Virus record (IMG/VR): IMGVR_UViG_2721755658_000005
Location: 1-46,563 of that record
DNA length: 46,563 nucleotides
Source of the DNA: a virus
Taxonomy: Duplodnaviria > Heunggongvirae > Uroviricota > Caudoviricetes
Direction: 5' to 3' (one strand)
Shown here: one piece after another, positions 40,507 through 46,563 of the stretch
How positions within the stretch are numbered: the first letter of the stretch is position 1
How the letters are laid out: every line of letters begins with the position of its first letter
Made by a program: the position numbers and the translations under genes
The notes under the pieces: model-generated
Database searches by the model: none
Seen by the model: the letters and a program-made list of their open reading frames with translations, nothing else
What the model was told of the DNA's origin: nothing

Positions 40507-41133
40507 ATGGAAACGGTTGGTCAGCGTATAAAAGCTCTGAGAAGAGTTACCGGAACGTCCCAGAAAGAATTGGGTAAATTTTGTGGAGTAAGCGACGTTG
40601 CTGTGGGGTACTGGGAGAAAGACATCAATACCCCTGGTGGGGAGGCACTTTCGAAATTAGCGAAGTTCTTCAATACGTCAATAGATTACATTCTTTATGG
40701 TGCTGAGTTTGAAGGCAAACTCGTCACAAACATGCGCAGAGTTCCTGTAATATCGTGGGTTCAGGCTGGGCAGTTTACTGAGTGCAGGGCAGCAGAAGTG
40801 TTTAGTGAAGTGGACAAGTGGGTAGATACATCATTAAAGATTGGTGATAACTCATTTGCATTAGAGGTTAAAGGTGACTCCATGACTAACCCTAATGGCC
40901 TCCCAACAATACCAGAAGGCGCAACAGTGATTGTAGATCCAGATGCAGAACCTCGTCATGGAAAAATAGTCATCGCTCGACTTGATGGAACAAACGAAGC
41001 TACAGTAAAAAAATTAGTCATCGATGGCCCTCAAAAGTTTTTAGTGCCATTAAATCCTCGGTATCCCAACATCCCTATCAATGGTAATTGCCTTATCATT
41101 GGTGTAGTCAAAGGAGTTCAATACGAACTCTAA
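40507..41133 (+). CDS. CI-like repressor with S24 LexA-type autopeptidase domain
   Basis: N-terminal HTH; C-terminal catalytic serine context GDSM and lysine in ATVKKL. Confidence 0.85.
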   Translation: METVGQRIKALRRVTGTSQKELGKFCGVSDVAVGYWEKDINTPGGEALSKLAKFFNTSIDYILYGAEFEGKLVTNMRRVPVISWVQAGQFTECRAAEVFSEVDKWVDTSLKIGDNSFALEVKGDSMTNPNGLPTIPEGATVIVDPDAEPRHGKIVIARLDGTNEATVKKLVIDGPQKFLVPLNPRYPNIPINGNCLIIGVVKGVQYEL

Positions 41134-41380
41134 GACCTCTCTTCTCTAACTAAGGCACCGAACTAAGAAAAGTTTGGTGTTTTCTCTTGCCATGATAACT
41201 AAGTTAAGTTAGATTTTATATCAAAGATAACGAACAGGCAGGACGCCCACGAAGTAGCCGCCTGGGGCATATGAAGTCCAGGATGATTCGTTAGCAACAA
41301 AAAAGCGCCCTACAGGACGCTTAGCTCTTTAACAATCTGGTCCCCATCAACAAGTAACTGATAACTTGAGGAGATGTGAA

Positions 41381-41587
41381 ATGCACAAAACAGAACCCAA
41401 AATCGTCGCGCCTGGCTACACAGATGAGGAAATTTATGAGTGGATGACAAAGAAGCTGGCAGCTATAAACCAGCTTCGTGAAGTGCTGTCTTATCGACAG
41501 GAAACAATAGACTCCTTAAAAAAACTGGATCAGGAAATCACGGTTTTATCACAGGATGTTACTTTAGATATTGTGCAGACAAATTAG
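41381..41587 (+). CDS. Small hypothetical protein downstream of cI
   Basis: gaggag RBS upstream of the ATG at 41381 (tracked ORF 41366..41587). Confidence 0.4.
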   Translation: MHKTEPKIVAPGYTDEEIYEWMTKKLAAINQLREVLSYRQETIDSLKKLDQEITVLSQDVTLDIVQTN

Positions 41588-41993
41588 GATCCCATTCATT
41601 TTCGTCAAAATCATCAAAGTGATGAATTTGTGATCTCCAGTCTCGATAATCTAAAAATTTCTGGGCGGTTACGCTTATTTTATCAAGTGTGAGTTCATCC
41701 TGAATTGAAAGAAGAAGTTCATCAAATTTCATCTCATTAATCTGTTTTGGCATCCAGTGATGCTTCATCAGAATAAGGTGAACCAGAGCCTTTTTCCCAT
41801 TCAATTGATTATAGGGAGTGCCGAATTTCTTCCGGTGCTCATGTAAGACAAGGTCCAAAAGAGTAAGTAATGTTGCCCTTGATTCAACTTTGCTTATTTC
41901 GACTGATGACACTACCCCACTGATTTCAATGCCCCGATACTTTCCAACATTTTCACAGTGGGATTTGTACAGCGTATAGATATTACCGGACAT
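41559..41993 (-). CDS. AT-rich hypothetical protein in the immunity region (rex/sie-position moron)
   Basis: 144-aa ORF, AT-rich, convergent with the cI transcription unit; no recognised family. Confidence 0.45.
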   Translation of the reverse strand: MSGNIYTLYKSHCENVGKYRGIEISGVVSSVEISKVESRATLLTLLDLVLHEHRKKFGTPYNQLNGKKALVHLILMKHHWMPKQINEMKFDELLLSIQDELTLDKISVTAQKFLDYRDWRSQIHHFDDFDENEWDPNLSAQYLK

Positions 41994-42520
41994 TTCTTTT
42001 CCTTTTGCGTTGTTGGGGATAACCAGATTAACCGAATCCTTGTTGTTGGGGAATAACTAGGTCCACCTCGCCTGATGTGGCTAAAAGCAGGCACATAACA
42101 GCTAAGTATTTTCAACCAGAGAGAATCCTTAGCGTTGTGGTGAATGCGGCTCAGCGCACGCGGGTTAAGGTTGAGGCTGACAGTCGACCTTCTGTGGATA
42201 CCCACCCGCCTGGTGTGCAACCTTCACCCGGCACCACAACTTTATGCTGTGTGTAGTCCTGGCGGTACCAGTTTGTACCCTTGCTTCCGGCTGGTACCGT
42301 CCTTTTTACAAAACAGAGAAGAGCATCACCGGACGACGGGCTCATAACCCAATCCATCCGGGCGGCTGCCACCGCAGGTGTTCTTCTCTGTTTTGTGGAG
42401 AAACTAACCGCCCCTACGGGGGCATTTATGGAAATGTAATTGACTCAATAATCGCCGGACGGTGAGGGCTTCCTTTTACCCGAATTCAGCGCGGTGCAGC
42501 GCATATACGTGGAGAACAAA

Positions 42521-43057
42521 ATGTCATTTATTAAAACTTTTTCCGGGAAGCATTTTTATTATGACAGGATAAATAAAGACGACATCGTTATTAACGATAT
42601 CGCGGTTTCCCTTTCAAATATCTGTCGCTTTGCAGGACATCTTTCACACTTCTACAGTGTCGCCCAACATGCGGTGCTTTGCAGCCAGCTGGTGCCGCAG
42701 GAATTTGCTTTTGAAGCTTTAATGCATGATGCAACAGAAGCATATTGCCAGGACATCCCCGCACCACTGAAACGACTTCTTCCTGACTATAAACGGATGG
42801 AAGAAAAAATAGACGCCGTAATCCGTGAGAAATACGGGTTACCTCCTGTTATGAGCACGCCAGTGAAATATGCCGATCTCATTATGCTGGCAACCGAACG
42901 CCGCGATCTCGGGCTTGATGATGGCTCTTTCTGGCCTGTGCTGGAAGGTATCCCGGCAACAGAGATGTTCAACGTGATTCCACTGGCTCCAGGCCATGCC
43001 TACGGGATGTTTATGGAACGCTTTAACGAATTATCGGAGTTACGCAAATGCGCATGA
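42521..43057 (+). CDS. HD-domain phosphohydrolase (5'-deoxynucleotidase-like)
   Basis: H...HD motif in VAQHAVL...LMHDATEAY; ggaga RBS before the ATG at 42521. Confidence 0.65.
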   Translation: MSFIKTFSGKHFYYDRINKDDIVINDIAVSLSNICRFAGHLSHFYSVAQHAVLCSQLVPQEFAFEALMHDATEAYCQDIPAPLKRLLPDYKRMEEKIDAVIREKYGLPPVMSTPVKYADLIMLATERRDLGLDDGSFWPVLEGIPATEMFNVIPLAPGHAYGMFMERFNELSELRKCA

Positions 43058-43410
43058 ATGTTTTCGAAATGGAAGGGTTTCTTCGTGGGAGATGTGTACC
43101 GCGAGATCTGAAAGTGAATGAAACGGATGCTGAATACCTGGTGCGTAAATTCGATGCGCTTGAAGCTAAATGTGCAGCACAGGAAAACAAAGTAATACCA
43201 GTGTCAACTGAACTGCCACCAGCAAATGAAAGTGTTTTGTTATTCGATGCTAACGGAGAAGGCTGGCTAATTGGCTGGCGTTCTCTCTGGTACACCTGGG
43301 GACAAAAAGAAACCGGAGAATGGCAGTGGACATTTCAGGTCGGGGACCTTGAAAACGTCAATATCACTCACTGGGCAGTAATGCCAAAAGCACCGGAGGC
43401 TGGAGCATAA
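43048..43410 (+). CDS. DUF551-type phage protein
   Basis: C-terminal Trp-rich region GEGWLIGWRSLWYTWGQ typical of DUF551. Confidence 0.5.
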   Translation: MRMNVFEMEGFLRGRCVPRDLKVNETDAEYLVRKFDALEAKCAAQENKVIPVSTELPPANESVLLFDANGEGWLIGWRSLWYTWGQKETGEWQWTFQVGDLENVNITHWAVMPKAPEAGA

Positions 43411-43715
43411 TGACCACTTTTACCGACAAAGAACTGATTAAAGAAATTAAAGAGCGTATCAGCAGCCTTGACGTGCGAGACGATATTGAGCGCCGTGCTT
43501 ATGAAATCGCACTCCTATCTCTGGAAGTAGAACCAGATGAACGCGAAGCTTATGAATTATTCATGGAAAAGCGTTTTGGTGACTTAGTAGATCGTCGGAG
43601 AGCAAAAAACGGCGATAACGAATACATGGCATGGGATATGACTCTCGGTTGGATCGTCTGGCAGCAACGAGCTGGTATCCATTTCTCAACAATGTCACAG
43701 CAAGAGGTGAAATAA
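43410..43715 (+). CDS. Hypothetical early protein
   Basis: 101-aa ORF translationally coupled to flanking genes. Confidence 0.4.
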   Translation: MTTFTDKELIKEIKERISSLDVRDDIERRAYEIALLSLEVEPDEREAYELFMEKRFGDLVDRRRAKNGDNEYMAWDMTLGWIVWQQRAGIHFSTMSQQEVK

Positions 43716-44065
43716 TGGAGCCATACAGCCTCACACTCGATGAGGCCTGTCATTTTCTCAAGATATCCAGACCGACTGCCATTAACTGGATACGCACAGG
43801 GCGTCTTCAGGCAACACGCAAAGATCCCACTAAGAATAAATCTCCTTACCTCACAACACGACAAGCCTGCATTGCGGCTCTTCAGTCTCCGCTGCATACT
43901 GTCCAGGTGAGCGCGGGTGATGGCATAACAGAGGAAAGAAAATGTCACTCTTCCGCAGAGGTGAAATATGGTACGCCAGTTTCACATTGCCGAACGGTAA
44001 AAGATTTAAACAGTCTCTTGGAACAAAGGACAAAAGGCAGGCGACAGAACTCCATGACAAGCTAA
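43715..44065 (+). CDS. Excisionase-like DNA-binding protein (AlpA/Xis-type HTH)
   Basis: [33 protein letters not shown] is a typical Xis/AlpA HTH; the frame runs on past the integrase start, so the true stop is uncertain. Confidence 0.5.
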   Translation: MEPYSLTLDEACHFLKISRPTAINWIRTGRLQATRKDPTKNKSPYLTTRQACIAALQSPLHTVQVSAGDGITEERKCHSSAEVKYGTPVSHCRTVKDLNSLLEQRTKGRRQNSMTS

Positions 44066-45105
44066 AGGCTGAAGCATGGCGGGTCAGCAAACTTGGTGAA
44101 ATACCTGATATAACGTTCGAGGAAGCGTGTGTCAGGTGGCTTGAAGAGAAAGCACATAAAAAATCACTGGACGATGACAAAAGCCGGATCGGATTCTGGC
44201 TTCAACATTTCGCAGGAATGCAACTAAGAGACATTACTGAATCAAAAATTTATTCAGCAATGCAGAAAATGACGAACCGGCGTCATGAGGAAAACTGGAA
44301 ACTCAGGGCAGAAGCATGCAGAAAAAAAGGGAAACCTGTTCCAGAATACACGCCAAAACCAGCGTCCGTTGCAACGAAGGCTACGCATCTTTCATTTATA
44401 AAGGCCCTACTAAGAGCCGCAGAGCGTGAATGGAAAATGCTGGATAAGGCACCAATTATTAAAGTGCCTCAACCAAAGAATAAACGGATCCGCTGGCTGG
44501 AGCCCCATGAAGCACAAAGGCTGATTGATGAATGTCCGGAGCCATTAAAGTCTGTTGTTGAATTTGCACTGGCAACAGGCTTAAGACGCTCGAACATCAT
44601 CAACCTTGAATGGCAACAAATAGATATGCAGCGCCGGGTGGCATGGATAAACCCGGAAGAGAGTAAATCAAACCGCGCAATTGGCGTTGCGCTGAATGAT
44701 ACTGCATGTCGCGTATTGAAAAAACAAATCGGGAATCATCACCGTTGGGTATTTGTGTACAAGGAAAGCTGTACCAAACCAGACGGAACGAAAGCGCCAA
44801 CAGTAAGGAAGATGCGGTATGACGCAAACACAGCCTGGAAAGCGGCGCTGAGACGGGCTGGTATTGATGATTTCAGATTTCACGACTTGAGACACACCTG
44901 GGCAAGTTGGCTGGTTCAAGCCGGAGTCCCGTTGTCAGTGTTACAGGAAATGGGAGGCTGGGAGTCTATCGAAATGGTTCGTCGATATGCTCACCTTGCA
45001 CCTAATCACCTTACCGAACACGCACGGCAAATAGACTCGATCCTGAACCCATCGGTCCCAAATTTGTCCCAGTCAAAAAATAAGGAAGGTACTAATGATG
45101 TGTAA
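43942..45105 (+). CDS. int: Tyrosine integrase (phage integrase family)
   Basis: N-terminus [28 protein letters not shown]; C-terminal R...H..R...Y context (HDLRHTWAS...RYAHL); ends 15 bp from tRNA-Thr. Confidence 0.9.
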   Translation: MSLFRRGEIWYASFTLPNGKRFKQSLGTKDKRQATELHDKLKAEAWRVSKLGEIPDITFEEACVRWLEEKAHKKSLDDDKSRIGFWLQHFAGMQLRDITESKIYSAMQKMTNRRHEENWKLRAEACRKKGKPVPEYTPKPASVATKATHLSFIKALLRAAEREWKMLDKAPIIKVPQPKNKRIRWLEPHEAQRLIDECPEPLKSVVEFALATGLRRSNIINLEWQQIDMQRRVAWINPEESKSNRAIGVALNDTACRVLKKQIGNHHRWVFVYKESCTKPDGTKAPTVRKMRYDANTAWKAALRRAGIDDFRFHDLRHTWASWLVQAGVPLSVLQEMGGWESIEMVRRYAHLAPNHLTEHARQIDSILNPSVPNLSQSKNKEGTNDV

Positions 45106-45119
45106 CTTATTGATTTACA

Positions 45120-45195
45120 TGGTGCCGATAATAGGAGTCGAACCTACGACCTTCGCATTACGAATGCGCTGCTCTACCAACTGAGCTATATCGGC
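45120..45195 (-). tRNA. thrW: tRNA-Thr (anticodon CGU)
   Basis: Reverse complement reads GCCGATATAGCTCAGTTGGTAGAGCAGCGCATTCGTAATGCGAAGGTCGTAGGTTCGACTCCTATTATCGGCACCA with anticodon loop TTCGTAA. Confidence 0.9.
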
Positions 45196-45309
45196 CCTGA
45201 AAGGACATGTTCACGAACGTGAATCACGGTGGACAAGGTTAAAACTAACCGGGCGATGCGTCAATGGCCTTGTGAATCAAATGGCTACTTTTGCATCACC
45301 CGGTTTTAT

Positions 45310-46563
45310 TTACGCACGAATGGTGTAATCACCAATGCCGATCCACTTGTAAGTGGTCAGTGCTTCCAGCCCCATTGGGCCACGCGCGTGGAGTTTTTGT
45401 GTGCTTACCGCCACTTCCGCACCCAGACCAAACTGGCCGCCGTCGGTAAAACGCGTAGAGGCGTTAACGTAAACAGCGGACGAATCCACTTCGTTAACAA
45501 AACGCTGGGCGTTGCGCATATCGCGGGTCAGGATCGCATCGGAGTGTTGTGTGCCGTGTTCACGAATATGGGCGATGGCATCGTCAAGATCGCTGACGAT
45601 TTTGACGTTCAAATCTAATGACAGAAACTCATCGTCATACTCTTCGGCTTTAACAGCAACCACCTTCGCAGGGCCTGCCTGCAACTGCGCCAGTGCAGCT
45701 GCATCTGCGTGTAATGTCACGCCGCTTTCCGCCATTTGTTTGCTTAATGCAGGCAGGAAGCTATCGGCGATGTTTTTATTCACCAGCAACGTTTCAACCG
45801 TATTACATGTGCTCGGACGCTGAGTTTTCGCGTTGACGATCACTTTTAATGCTTCAGCGATCTCTACACTTTCATCAACGTAAATATGGCATACGCCTAT
45901 ACCACCTGTGATCACCGGGATTGTCGACTGTTCACGGCACAGTTTATGCAAACCAGCGCCACCACGCGGGATCAGCATGTCGATGTATTTATCCATACGC
46001 AGCATTTCACTGACCAGCGCACGGTCAGGATTATCAATCGCCTGCACGGCACCCGCCGGTAAGCCGCAGGATTTCAGGGCGTCCTGAATCACCGCCACCG
46101 TTGCAGCGTTAGTGCGACACGTTTCTTTGCCACCGCGCAGGATCACCGCATTACCGGTTTTCAGGCACAGCGAAGCGACATCAACCGTCACGTTCGGGCG
46201 CGCTTCATAAATCACGCCAATAACCCCCAGCGGTACGCGACGACGCTCAAGACGCAGGCCGCTGTCCAGTACGCCGCCATCGATTACCTGCCCCACCGGA
46301 TCGGCGAGGTTGCACACCTGACGTACATCGTCGGCAATGCCTTTCAGCCGTGCGGGCGTCAGTGCCAGACGGTCAAGCATCGCTTCGCTAAGGCCATTGG
46401 CTCGCGCGTCAGCAACATCCTGGGCGTTAGCGTTGAGGATGATTTCGCTTTGTGCTTCCAGTTCATCGGCGATTTTTTCCAGCACGCGATTTTTTTCGCG
46501 GCTGGAGAGTTGCGCTAATTTATACGAGGCTTGCTTCGCGGCAATGCCCATTTGTTCCAGCAT
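45310..46563 (-). CDS. proA: Gamma-glutamyl phosphate reductase
   Basis: 417-aa product [38 protein letters not shown] matches E. coli ProA as recalled; start codon at the window edge. Confidence 0.95.

Noticed and set aside
42060-42480. Retron non-coding RNA (msr/msd) suggested by long inverted repeats
   Set aside because: No reverse transcriptase gene is adjacent; the downstream gene is an HD-domain hydrolase.

Overview
Enterobacterial (E. coli-like) chromosome at the proA-thrW locus, carrying a ~41.5 kb apparently intact prophage integrated into tRNA-Thr (about 3620..45195). It is bounded by a 46-bp direct repeat of the tRNA 3' end (3620..3665 and 45120..45165). The prophage is lambdoid in its regulatory, replication and lysis modules (CI/Cro, O-like initiator with iterons, Q, holin/R/Rz/Rz1), has an HK97-type head module, and a Mu-like contractile tail module ending in a Pin/Gin-type invertible tail-fibre segment; this resembles thrW-integrating SfV-like phages but no gtr genes are present. 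Left of the prophage (1..3232) is a CP4-type cryptic element remnant with antirestriction, RadC-like and CbeA/CbtA toxin-antitoxin genes. The most interesting accessory content, in order of interest: (1) tandem near-consensus T7-type and SP6-type promoter motifs plus a strong RBS and 40-codon ORF, antisense to the lysis cassette; (2) an AT-rich OLD-like ATPase/nuclease candidate with a small partner ORF at the attL end; (3) a 339-aa membrane protein gene between Q and the lysis genes; (4) a repeat-bounded cassette region with Bro-N, HTH+ImmA and GIY-YIG genes. All calls rest on reading the translations and motifs by eye; no database search or computation was run.
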